Below, piece after piece: positions 54,733 through 62,427 of a stretch of DNA of 64,000 bases. Position 1 is the stretch's first letter, and each line of letters starts with the position of its first letter. The stretch covers positions 982,711-1,046,710 of the forward strand of contig JACKCI010000001.1 of NCBI GenBank assembly GCA_020634155.1, given 5' to 3'. The position numbers and the translations under genes are program-made. The notes below the pieces were generated by a model. That model did no database searches, was not told the DNA's origin, and saw nothing but the letters and a program-made list of their open reading frames with translations. The stretch is from Anaerolineales bacterium. GTDB lineage: Bacteria; Chloroflexota; Anaerolineae; Aggregatilineales; J027.

Positions 54733-55881
54733 TCAGGGGTTAATGGGCATGGGAGTTGGCTCGTTGGTTGTACTTGAATTGTCAAGCGGTAAGTCATCAC
54801 AAGGGCCGCTAACGGTCACATCCAGCGTTGAGACCCAGCCGTCCCATAGCGCACCGCCAATATCCACCATCACATAGTACCAGCCGCTATCATTGCGGGC
54901 TGAGGGAGTCAATGGCCCGCGCACCACTGCCATTACATCATAGGTGGAGCCGGGAAGCGGACGTAGCGAGATGGTATCCCCGTCGAGTTGGCAGATGGTA
55001 CTTGGTGCAGGGGTGCGGCTCGGCACAAACACGGGAGCCGTCGGTGAAGGCAAGGTAATCACGGCACAGTTGCCATCAATCCGCACATAATCGGGCTGCA
55101 CCCACCCCAAGATGCCCTCCCCCAGCAAAAATATCTGATACCAGCCGTTGCTGCTATAGACCCATGTTTGATACACCGCGTCGGGCTGCATGGTGTCAAC
55201 AGGGCTATAGGCGAGGTCAGGCCAAGGGTAAATGCCTATCGGTTCTCCAATAATGTTGTATACATTGCAATAATCAGATGAGGCGGGCGCGATGGGCTGG
55301 GGCGTGAAATAGGGTGACGGGCTTGGTGGGGATGGCGTTGCTAAGGGCGTAGAGGACTTGAAGCTGGCCTCACCACCGCCGAACAAGGTCACAGTGGGCG
55401 AAGGTTGGGCCGTCTCAGTGATGCTTTGGGGCGCGAGGCCAATGGTATTGGCAGGTTGGTTGTCATCCCCTTGGGAGAGTAGATAGATAACCACTCCCCC
55501 AAAGATGACCATGACAAGCGCTGCCGCCATCAGCGTCAAAGACAAGCGTGGGCGCTGGACGGGTACTGCCGACGGGTTGACGTTGATATTGATGTTGATA
55601 TTGGTCGGTTCTTCTTGGTTGCGAAACCCATTGGGGCGACGGCCTTCGAGGGTAGCTTGATTAAGCGCCAACTCCCCACGCGGCATCCGCAAAGGCGGCA
55701 AGTTACTAGCCCAGCGGGCACCCTCTTGCTGCACCACCGAGGCCACTAGCCGCCATTCCTTCAGTTCACGTTGACAGAGGTCACAGGTGGCAAGGTGGTT
55801 CTCAAATTCGGCCTTCTGTGCAATTGTCAGTTGTTGACCAATGTAGAGGGGGATGAGTTCGAGCCATTCAGGATTGTGCAT
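54733..55881 (-). CDS. Anti-sigma factor (zf-HC2) with TM helix, Pro/Ser/Thr linker and SH3b-like extracellular domains
   Basis: HLATCDLCQRELKEW. TM LTLMAAALVMVIFGGVVIYLL. C-terminal GWYQIFLLGEGILGWV and GWYYVMVDIGGALWDGWV. Overlaps the sigma stop. Confidence 0.75.
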   Translation of the reverse strand: MHNPEWLELIPLYIGQQLTIAQKAEFENHLATCDLCQRELKEWRLVASVVQQEGARWASNLPPLRMPRGELALNQATLEGRRPNGFRNQEEPTNINININVNPSAVPVQRPRLSLTLMAAALVMVIFGGVVIYLLSQGDDNQPANTIGLAPQSITETAQPSPTVTLFGGGEASFKSSTPLATPSPPSPSPYFTPQPIAPASSDYCNVYNIIGEPIGIYPWPDLAYSPVDTMQPDAVYQTWVYSSNGWYQIFLLGEGILGWVQPDYVRIDGNCAVITLPSPTAPVFVPSRTPAPSTICQLDGDTISLRPLPGSTYDVMAVVRGPLTPSARNDSGWYYVMVDIGGALWDGWVSTLDVTVSGPCDDLPLDNSSTTNEPTPMPINP

Positions 55882-56440
55882 CGGTTCCCTCCTGTTGGGT
55901 CATCATGATACGCTTCAGGGCTTCTTTGGCGCGGTGCAAGCGGCTCTTGACCGTCCCCACGCTGATGTCGAGGACTTCCGCTATTTCATTACCGGAGAGT
56001 TGGTGATAGAAAAACAGCACCAATATCTCGCGGTGCAGGTCGGGGAGATGCTCAAGGGCTTGGCGGACTGCCGAGCGTTCAAAGTCACGTGCGACAGCTT
56101 CATAGGGGCCTGTGTCGGTGCTATGAATATCGGGCGCGTCGGCTAAGGAGACCATCGTCGGTGCATAACGGCGTTGGGCATTGATGGCACGGTTACGGGC
56201 AATCACCAATAACCATGTGCGGACACTGCTTTCGCCCCGAAAAGTGGCGGCGTTCTTCCATGCGGCCAGCATAACGTCTTGTAATACCTCTTCTGCTAAT
56301 TCCCGATTGCCTAATCGGGCGGTAAGAAAGCTCAGAATCGAGGGGCCGTGCAGCGCATAGAGTTGATCTAGGCCGTGCATGTCGCCCTGTGCCATCGCCC
56401 TCACCAGTTCTAAATCGGTTGTTTGTGGTTGAACCGTCAT
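55868..56440 (-). CDS. ECF-type RNA polymerase sigma factor
   Basis: VLQDVMLAAW; LPDLHREILVLFFYHQLSGNEIAEVLDISVGTVKSRLHRA. ATG at 56440 after GGGGGAG. Confidence 0.9.
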   Translation of the reverse strand: MTVQPQTTDLELVRAMAQGDMHGLDQLYALHGPSILSFLTARLGNRELAEEVLQDVMLAAWKNAATFRGESSVRTWLLVIARNRAINAQRRYAPTMVSLADAPDIHSTDTGPYEAVARDFERSAVRQALEHLPDLHREILVLFFYHQLSGNEIAEVLDISVGTVKSRLHRAKEALKRIMMTQQEGTDAQS

Positions 56441-56531
56441 TGAATCTCCCCCAAGACTCATCATGATAGACACGGCTGCCGAGATGTGGGTTCCAACTAT
56501 GATATAGTAGAAAGAAGGAGGTTTAGTTCAA

Positions 56532-57056
56532 ATGTCTAATCAACGTAGCACAACTAAACAACAGGAGGAACAAAAGAAAGCGGCCCCTAGCCGCACGTCC
56601 AAGACCACGACCAAAGCTGATGATACACCGAAAACGCCGCCCAAGAAACTGCCCAATGATTCCGAGTTGCTGGTCGAACTGGGGCGGAGACTGCTTGCCA
56701 ACCGCAAATATGGGGAGGCCCGCGCCCATTATGAAAAAGCGCTGCCCCTCACTCAAGACCCCCTAACACGCGCACGCATCCTGAACAACTTGGGGCTGAT
56801 TGAGCGCAACACCAACCAGCTAGAGGCCGCCGAGGGTTACTATCAACAGGCCCTTGACCTCTGGCAACGCTATGGCGATTTGGCGGGGGAGGCAACAACG
56901 CTCTATAACCTCGCGCAGGCCCTGAAGACGCTCAAACGCCATGATGAGGCCTATGTTGCCATGCAGCGCTGTGTGGAACTCGACATGCGCTTGCAGCACC
57001 CCGATTTGAAGCAGGACAAGGCATTCTTGGTGGAATTGGAGAAAGCCACTGCCTAG
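56532..57056 (+). CDS. TPR repeat protein with basic N-terminal tail
   Basis: Lys/Thr-rich N-terminus, then TPR-like repeats (GEARAHYEKALPL...; AAEGYYQQALDLWQRYGD; ATTLYNLAQALKTL). Confidence 0.7.
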   Translation: MSNQRSTTKQQEEQKKAAPSRTSKTTTKADDTPKTPPKKLPNDSELLVELGRRLLANRKYGEARAHYEKALPLTQDPLTRARILNNLGLIERNTNQLEAAEGYYQQALDLWQRYGDLAGEATTLYNLAQALKTLKRHDEAYVAMQRCVELDMRLQHPDLKQDKAFLVELEKATA

Positions 57057-57123
57057 GTCTTGGGTTATGCGCGATAGCGCGAGGGCCATCCATTCGTTGA
57101 TAAATGAAGGATCGTCAATCGCG

Positions 57124-57375
57124 TTTCGACGTGCTACGGGGTGATTGGTTAGTCTCGCAAATGGACAAGGTCGATGGAGGCTCGACGTGCTGTGGGCTAA
57201 AGCCCAAAGTTAGAGCGTTTACGGCGTACCCAAGCGCTTTTAACCGCGTCCTTTAGGGCGCGGCACCACCCCATCTCGAATACCCGCTTATATGCGAGAC
57301 TGACCAATCATGGCGCGGTACGTCGAACATCCATCGACCCGTGCCTGTTAACGAGACTAACCAATCACCCCTACG
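57124..57375. repeat. Nested inverted-repeat element: candidate structured RNA or MITE-like element
   Basis: Outer arms are perfect 20 nt: GGGGTGATTGGTTAGTCTCG (57138-57157) and its reverse complement (57352-57371). Inner arms are 22 nt, 57169-57190 and 57318-57339, with 19/22 complementary. A further reverse copy of the TGATTGGTYAGTCTCGC module lies at 57294-57310. The TCGACGTGCTRYGG module is repeated at 57126-57139 and 57182-57195. The ORF track lists no ORF of 60 aa or more lying within 57090-57389. Confidence 0.6.
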
Positions 57376-57455
57376 CGAGAATGGCGTATTCATGCGGTTT
57401 TCGCCCTACCCCTCCTAAAAACCCGATTTTGGGCGATTCGCGCCGCTACGCGGCG

Positions 57456-57476
57456 GCGGCGTGACAAGCACGCCGC
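57456..57476 (-). terminator. GC-rich hairpin about 25 nt downstream of the TIR-gene stop
   Basis: GCGGCGTG-ACAAG-CACGCCGC, an 8-bp stem. No adjacent U-tract, so terminator function is uncertain. Confidence 0.3.
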
Positions 57477-57498
57477 ACAGAGAACAGAGGTCAGAGGG

Positions 57499-59181
57499 TC
57501 AGGGAGATGGGGGACGCACACAAACCACCCGACAACCCCCGTAGCTGAGACGAGAGCTCGGGCTGGCGAGGTTGCGGACGGCGGCGCAGGCATTGAGGTT
57601 GCCGTAGTGGCTCCACGACCCACCGCGCAGCACCCGACTATTAGTGTTTAATATGTCTAATTTATCGGGTTCACCGTACTCATTGAGGCACCACTCCCAC
57701 ACATTCCCATACATATCCATTACCCCATAGGGTGATTGCCCTTGAGGGTAAAGTCCAACCGCCGTTGTCTGCTCCAAATAATATGGCCCAACACCAGTAT
57801 TCTTTTCATCAATATTGGCATAGCCGCTGATATACTCATCCCCCCAAGGATAAACGCGCCCGTCTGTCCCGCGTGCCGCCTTCTCCCATTCCTGCTCAGT
57901 GGGCAAACGCACAGGCCATGTCAGCGGATTTGTCCAATCCGGCGTAGGATAGCGACCCTTGGCAATCAGTTTGGCTGACCACCATCGGCAGAAGGCAATG
58001 GCGTCGAACCAACTCATGCGCTCTCTGGGATGATTCCAATATTTGAAGGCTTGCTCTCCAGATTGTTGATGATGCCCATCGGGAATCGCCAGCCCCTGCC
58101 ACCAGTCAGGGTTGGTAAAGCCAGCCGGGTCATCTATGAAGGTCTGGAATTGGGCATAGGTGATGGGATAGCGGCTGATGTAGTAGGTTGACAGGGGTGA
58201 GTGCTTGCTATCTTGATAAATCCACTCCCCATCGTCGGGTATCTCCACCCAATCAATCTCCGGCAGGCCATCCTTAACCCCCACCCCATGACGCGGGTCG
58301 CCCAACTCACTCAAGCGGCGTCCGGCTTCGGCGCGTTCTGGCGGGGGGATGGTCGGGTCACTGATGATTCGCAGCAAGGGCAGTGTTGGATTAAAGCGTA
58401 CATTCAAGCCAGCAGGGTCATAACTCGTGGCGTATTCCGCCCAGAAGTCCGTCAAAATATCCCACATATAGGCGGGGTCTTCATAATCGGCCTGTGCCAG
58501 AATGCCCTTGTAGTCCTGCTCAATAACCACCATCTGCTCGGCTTCCTGCACATAGACATCGAGCCGAAAGCCACGCGGCACCTTCTTGCCCCCTTGAATC
58601 TGCCGCAACAAGGACAACGCTACCGCCCACTGATTGGCCCCGCGTGCTTGATAGAACTGCTGCACAAGGTCTTGGGGGTTGGCGTGGCTGGTCGGTGCGG
58701 GGGTGCCACTGGCGACTTGGGCGGGTGCGCCGTTGGGGTTGGCGGGAGCGTGCGGGGCAGCGCTGGCTGGCACCACCTTAGCTTGATAGATACCGCCCAC
58801 CAAGCCCGCAACGGCAGCGGGTGTTGGCCCATCCGAGAAATCGGCAATCTGGAAGCGGCTAATGGCTTCCGGTGGGTGGATGTTGGTCTGCAACTTGACT
58901 GGCACGATGGGCCTGCCGAGCAAGACAGCCTGTTGGAACTCCCACTGGCACCATTGCGAGGCCAATGATTCAGGCGACAGGGCATAGACAAAGGCTTCAC
59001 AGGCTTCGATGGCGCGGAGGAGTTCGGCCTGCCAATCTTGGCCGGGCAGAAGGGCGTGGTCAAACCAAGGCTCATGGCCGGACCGCCGCAAAATCTCAAC
59101 TATTTGGCTCACCTGAAAATAATCGACGCGGGCATAACTAATAAATAAGCGCACAGTAGCCTCCAGTTCGTGGTTAATCAT
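57499..59181 (-). CDS. TIR domain protein fused to FGE-sulfatase (SUMF1/formylglycine-generating-enzyme-like) domain
   Basis: The N-terminus has FISYARVD and SQWCQWEF (Glu81). A Pro/Ala-rich and helical middle follows. The C-terminus has YPWGD, NVWEWC and RGGSW, characteristic of FGE-sulfatase domains. Confidence 0.85.
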   Translation of the reverse strand: MINHELEATVRLFISYARVDYFQVSQIVEILRRSGHEPWFDHALLPGQDWQAELLRAIEACEAFVYALSPESLASQWCQWEFQQAVLLGRPIVPVKLQTNIHPPEAISRFQIADFSDGPTPAAVAGLVGGIYQAKVVPASAAPHAPANPNGAPAQVASGTPAPTSHANPQDLVQQFYQARGANQWAVALSLLRQIQGGKKVPRGFRLDVYVQEAEQMVVIEQDYKGILAQADYEDPAYMWDILTDFWAEYATSYDPAGLNVRFNPTLPLLRIISDPTIPPPERAEAGRRLSELGDPRHGVGVKDGLPEIDWVEIPDDGEWIYQDSKHSPLSTYYISRYPITYAQFQTFIDDPAGFTNPDWWQGLAIPDGHHQQSGEQAFKYWNHPRERMSWFDAIAFCRWWSAKLIAKGRYPTPDWTNPLTWPVRLPTEQEWEKAARGTDGRVYPWGDEYISGYANIDEKNTGVGPYYLEQTTAVGLYPQGQSPYGVMDMYGNVWEWCLNEYGEPDKLDILNTNSRVLRGGSWSHYGNLNACAAVRNLASPSSRLSYGGCRVVCVRPPSP

Positions 59182-59207
59182 AGCACGGCCTTAGCGCCCT
59201 GCAAACG

Positions 59208-59215
59208 TGTATAAT
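59208..59215 (+). promoter_or_regulatory. Extended -10 promoter element upstream of the DUF4058 gene
   Basis: TGTATAAT (TGnTATAAT) at 59208-59215 in the 55-nt divergent intergenic region. RBS AGGAGG at 59222-59227. Confidence 0.4.
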
Positions 59216-59236
59216 GAGAGCAGGAGGTATGCTATC

Positions 59237-60082
59237 ATGCCCGATGTGTCGCAAGCCTATATTGACCATTTGAAACAAGGCCCCTTCCCCCAACACCTTG
59301 ACCCTTGGGTAGAAATTGGGCGCTATTTTCAGCAATTGCACAGCGAAATCATCAGCCATTTGCTGGGGCAAATCGTCACACCCTTGCTGCGGATGGGCTA
59401 TTATGTCGGGCGCGAGGCCAGCCTCCAGATTGTCGAAAGCAGCAAACCCGACCTCTATATCCAGAACACGCAAGACCCAACAACACCCATCCAAGCATGG
59501 GATTATGGGCAGGCCACCGCGGCAGTCATGGCGGAGCCGGGCGTGGCGTTGACCAACACTGAGCCAGACCTAGACGCGCTCTATATTCGAGAAGTGGCGG
59601 GTGGGCAAGTCGTCACCATCGTGGAGGTCGTTTCCCCACGCAACAAGAACGAACTCCCCTTGATTGAGCGCTACCAAACGCGCCGCCTTGCCTATCTCGC
59701 CCAACATATTCATATTATGGAAATCGACCTAACGCGCTCAGTCAAGCGGTTGGTCAATGACCCCTTGACAGATGGCTACCCTTACCATGTGGCGGTTCAC
59801 TTGCACGACCAAGCCCCACGCTTGATTGGCATGGCCTTCGGGGAACCCCTCAAACGCTGCGCCATTCCTTTGCAGGGGGATGTGGTGCCTGTAGAATTGG
59901 AGGCCGCTTATCGGCATGCCTACCAGCATCCCGTCTTGGCGCTGCATATTCACAATGAAATCGGCTACAGCATGAATGACCTGCCCTTTCCCTCGCTGTT
60001 GACCGATGAGCAAAAGCAGGGGCTAGGTGCAGCAGTGGCGGCATGGCAAATCAACTTAGAACGTCTACACCCGCCGTCATGA
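59237..60082 (+). CDS. DUF4058-like protein (Uma2/restriction-endonuclease-like fold suspected)
   Basis: N-terminus GPFPQHLDPWVEIGRYFQQLHSEII. KPDLYIQ...VVTIVEVVSPRNK...MEIDLTRS gives a D...E.(x)K-type arrangement. ATG at 59237. Confidence 0.65.
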   Translation: MPDVSQAYIDHLKQGPFPQHLDPWVEIGRYFQQLHSEIISHLLGQIVTPLLRMGYYVGREASLQIVESSKPDLYIQNTQDPTTPIQAWDYGQATAAVMAEPGVALTNTEPDLDALYIREVAGGQVVTIVEVVSPRNKNELPLIERYQTRRLAYLAQHIHIMEIDLTRSVKRLVNDPLTDGYPYHVAVHLHDQAPRLIGMAFGEPLKRCAIPLQGDVVPVELEAAYRHAYQHPVLALHIHNEIGYSMNDLPFPSLLTDEQKQGLGAAVAAWQINLERLHPPS

Positions 60083-60112
60083 TACAATAAGCCTATTCAG
60101 GAGAGACGCCCC

Positions 60113-60403
60113 ATGACCATCAATACCCTCGACCAGTTAAAACAAGCCATCAACCAATTGACGCCCGATGAATTGACCCAACTTCAGCAGCATATCGACG
60201 CTCACCGCCAGCATTTGCAGCATCTGGTGGATGACCCCAACGCATGGATGGCACAACTAGACTCTGCCGTTGCCGCTATCCGTGAGGGGTTATCGGAAGA
60301 GGAAATTCAAGATATGACCGATGCCATGAACGCTGAGTATGTTAATCCGCAAGACCTGCATCAATTAGAGTCTGCATCCAAGAAGGCCAAGGTCAAGCCA
60401 TGA
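60113..60403 (+). CDS. Putative antitoxin partner of the PIN toxin (family not recognised)
   Basis: 96-aa helical, acidic protein with a basic tail (SKKAKVKP). Its stop overlaps the PIN gene start (ATGA). No AbrB, RHH or Phd motif that I can recognise. Confidence 0.5.
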   Translation: MTINTLDQLKQAINQLTPDELTQLQQHIDAHRQHLQHLVDDPNAWMAQLDSAVAAIREGLSEEEIQDMTDAMNAEYVNPQDLHQLESASKKAKVKP

Positions 60404-60804
60404 TGTACATTTTGGATACAAATGTCATTGCGGATTTAATTCATCTCAACGCACAAGTACGCGCCAATCTTGCAGCCGCACGGCAGGCCAATGCTGACAT
60501 AATGATGACGAGGCCCGTCTATTACGAAGTGGTGCGGGGTTTAGTTAAGCAGCAAGCAACCCGCAAACTCCGCATCTTTCGCCAAGACCTTCTGCCATTA
60601 ATGAAACAGGAACCGTTGCAAGACGAAGACTGGGAACAAGCCGCGCATTTCTGGGCTGCTGCCGTCAGCAAAGGCCGCCAACTATCCGACATTGACCTCT
60701 TGTTAGCGGCGATGGCGCATCGGCGGGGAGCTATACTCATCAGTAGCGATACCGACTTTGACGCCCTGACCATTCAACGACAGGATTGGCGGCTCGCCAC
60801 CTAA
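60400..60804 (+). CDS. vapC: PIN-domain ribonuclease toxin (VapC-like)
   Basis: MYILDTNV (Asp), YYEVVRG (Glu), IDLLLAAMA (Asp), SSDTDFD (Asp). 134 aa. Confidence 0.85.
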   Translation: MMYILDTNVIADLIHLNAQVRANLAAARQANADIMMTRPVYYEVVRGLVKQQATRKLRIFRQDLLPLMKQEPLQDEDWEQAAHFWAAAVSKGRQLSDIDLLLAAMAHRRGAILISSDTDFDALTIQRQDWRLAT

Positions 60805-60874
60805 GCCCCTTGTTCTTTGCCCCCCCTTCCCATAAAATAAACAATGATTAGCAAAATTATCCGGTAGATTGCAC

Positions 60875-62278
60875 ATGAAGTACAACATTCAAACCCTCGG
60901 TTGCCAGATGAACGTCTCCGACTCGCAGCGCTTGGCCTCGGCCTTGGAGCAACTTGGTTATCAAGCGGCAGGCGAACACGATGAAGACAGCGCCGTGATT
61001 CAGGTCATCAATACCTGTGTGGTGCGCCAACAAGCCGAAGACAAAGCATGGGGGCGCTTGCAACAACTGAAGAAACTCAAAGAAAAGAACCCCGATATGG
61101 TTATCGGGTTAATGGGCTGCTTGGTGGGTGTCAAAGACCCCTTGCGCCTCCGCAAACAGGTGCCGTTTGTCGATGTGTTCATCCCGCCCAGCGAGGTCGA
61201 ACCCCTGACGGCATTCTTGCAAGACCGTAACGTTGAGGCCGATATGGTCACCGAGCAGGTCGCCAAACGCGCCCGCCTCAATCAGTTCATGGATGCCATG
61301 CACGACGAGGGCAGCGACCTCGTATTGCCGCTTCATGAGCGCAACCAACTCGTCAGCGCCCATATTCCGGTGGTCTATGGCTGCTCACACGCCTGCACCT
61401 TCTGCATTATCCCCTTCCGCCGAGGCATTGAGCGCTCGCGGCCTGTGGGTGAAATCGTGCGCGATGTACGAAATCTGGCCCGCCAAGGGGTCAAGGAAAT
61501 CACGCTCTTGGGGCAAATCGTTGACCGCTACGGCAAGGACATCCCCGACGGCCCGACCCTCGACCAACTCCTGCGCGTTATCCATGAGGTGGCGGAGGAG
61601 GAAAACCTCTACCGTATCCGCTTCCTGACCAGTCACCCCAACTATATGACCGACGCCTTGCTAGAGACGGTAGCCGAACTCCCGCGCATCATGCCCCATA
61701 TCGAGGTACCCATCCAAGCGGGTGATGATACGGTGCTGGAGAATATGAAGCGCGGCTACACCCAACAGCAATACCGTGATTTAGTGGAGAAGATTCGGCG
61801 CATCATCCCCCATGTCGCCATTCACACCGACATTATTGTGGGCTTCCCCGGTGAGACCGAGGCGCAGTTCATGGAGACCTACCGCACCCTCGAAGAACTC
61901 AAACTTGATAAGGCCCACCTTGCCATGTATAGTCCCCGCCCCGGCACCGTCTCAGAGCGGCGGATGGATGATGATGTGGCAAAGGCCGACAAAAAGCACC
62001 GCCACGAGCGCCTCGAAGACCTCCAAGCACAGGTTCAGGCCGAGATTAACGCCCGCTACCTAGGCGAGATGGTCGAGGTTTTGGTCGAGGAAGAACATAA
62101 GGGCAAGTGGCGCGGACGCACCCCGCAAAACAAGCTGGTTTTCTTTGAGGACAGCAGCACCAATTGGCACGGCAAGCTGGCAACCGTTGAGGTCACATGG
62201 ACGGGGCCGTATAGTATGCAGGCCCGCCTGCCGCAGACTGAACCCGCCACACCCGATATTATTCCGTTGATGTCGTAG
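60875..62278 (+). CDS. miaB: tRNA-2-methylthio-N6-dimethylallyladenosine synthase
   Basis: TLGCQMN (UPF0004 Cys). Radical-SAM CSHACTFCIIP. TRAM-like C-terminus. ATG at 60875. Confidence 0.95.
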   Translation: MKYNIQTLGCQMNVSDSQRLASALEQLGYQAAGEHDEDSAVIQVINTCVVRQQAEDKAWGRLQQLKKLKEKNPDMVIGLMGCLVGVKDPLRLRKQVPFVDVFIPPSEVEPLTAFLQDRNVEADMVTEQVAKRARLNQFMDAMHDEGSDLVLPLHERNQLVSAHIPVVYGCSHACTFCIIPFRRGIERSRPVGEIVRDVRNLARQGVKEITLLGQIVDRYGKDIPDGPTLDQLLRVIHEVAEEENLYRIRFLTSHPNYMTDALLETVAELPRIMPHIEVPIQAGDDTVLENMKRGYTQQQYRDLVEKIRRIIPHVAIHTDIIVGFPGETEAQFMETYRTLEELKLDKAHLAMYSPRPGTVSERRMDDDVAKADKKHRHERLEDLQAQVQAEINARYLGEMVEVLVEEEHKGKWRGRTPQNKLVFFEDSSTNWHGKLATVEVTWTGPYSMQARLPQTEPATPDIIPLMS

Positions 62279-62315
62279 GCGAAATTATGATTTTCACGCT
62301 ACCCCACATTGCCCT

Positions 62316-62339
62316 ACACCCCAATTTCTGGGGTGTTTT
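62316..62339 (+). terminator. Rho-independent terminator of miaB
   Basis: ACACCCCA-ATTTC-TGGGGTGT followed by TTT. Confidence 0.65.
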
Positions 62340-62360
62340 GCTTTATGGCCGCATTTTGAT

Positions 62361-62389
62361 TTGCATGATTTTTTATCTACCCCTATACT
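62361..62389 (+). promoter_or_regulatory. Candidate promoter for the small lipoprotein gene
   Basis: TTGCAT (62361-62366), 17-nt spacer, TATACT (62384-62389). Confidence 0.4.
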
Positions 62390-62427
62390 GCCCCACACTA
62401 CTCTATATTAAAAGGAGATGAGAAATC

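Noticed and set aside
55560-55600. Short GTTGATATT-type tandem tract encoding NININVN in the anti-sigma factor, considered as a slip-strand phase-variation site.
   Set aside because: There are only about three imperfect units, in frame, with no homopolymer. That is too short and degenerate to argue for phase variation.
57100-57400. Considered tmRNA, RNase P RNA or a retron msr/msd for the structured ORF-free region.
   Set aside because: - There is no tRNA-like T-arm (GGTTCGA..) and no GGGG...acceptor pairing with a 3' CCA-proximal end.
- There are no RNase P conserved blocks (GAGGAAAGTCC or similar).
- No reverse transcriptase gene lies anywhere nearby.
- It is kept only as a generic structured-RNA/MITE candidate.
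58201-58968. 255-aa plus-strand ORF inside the TIR-FGE gene.
   Set aside because: - It is antisense to a CDS with strong domain motifs.
- Its own translation is low-complexity (Gly/Arg/Leu-rich) with no motif or RBS.
- This is typical of a shadow ORF in GC-rich coding DNA.
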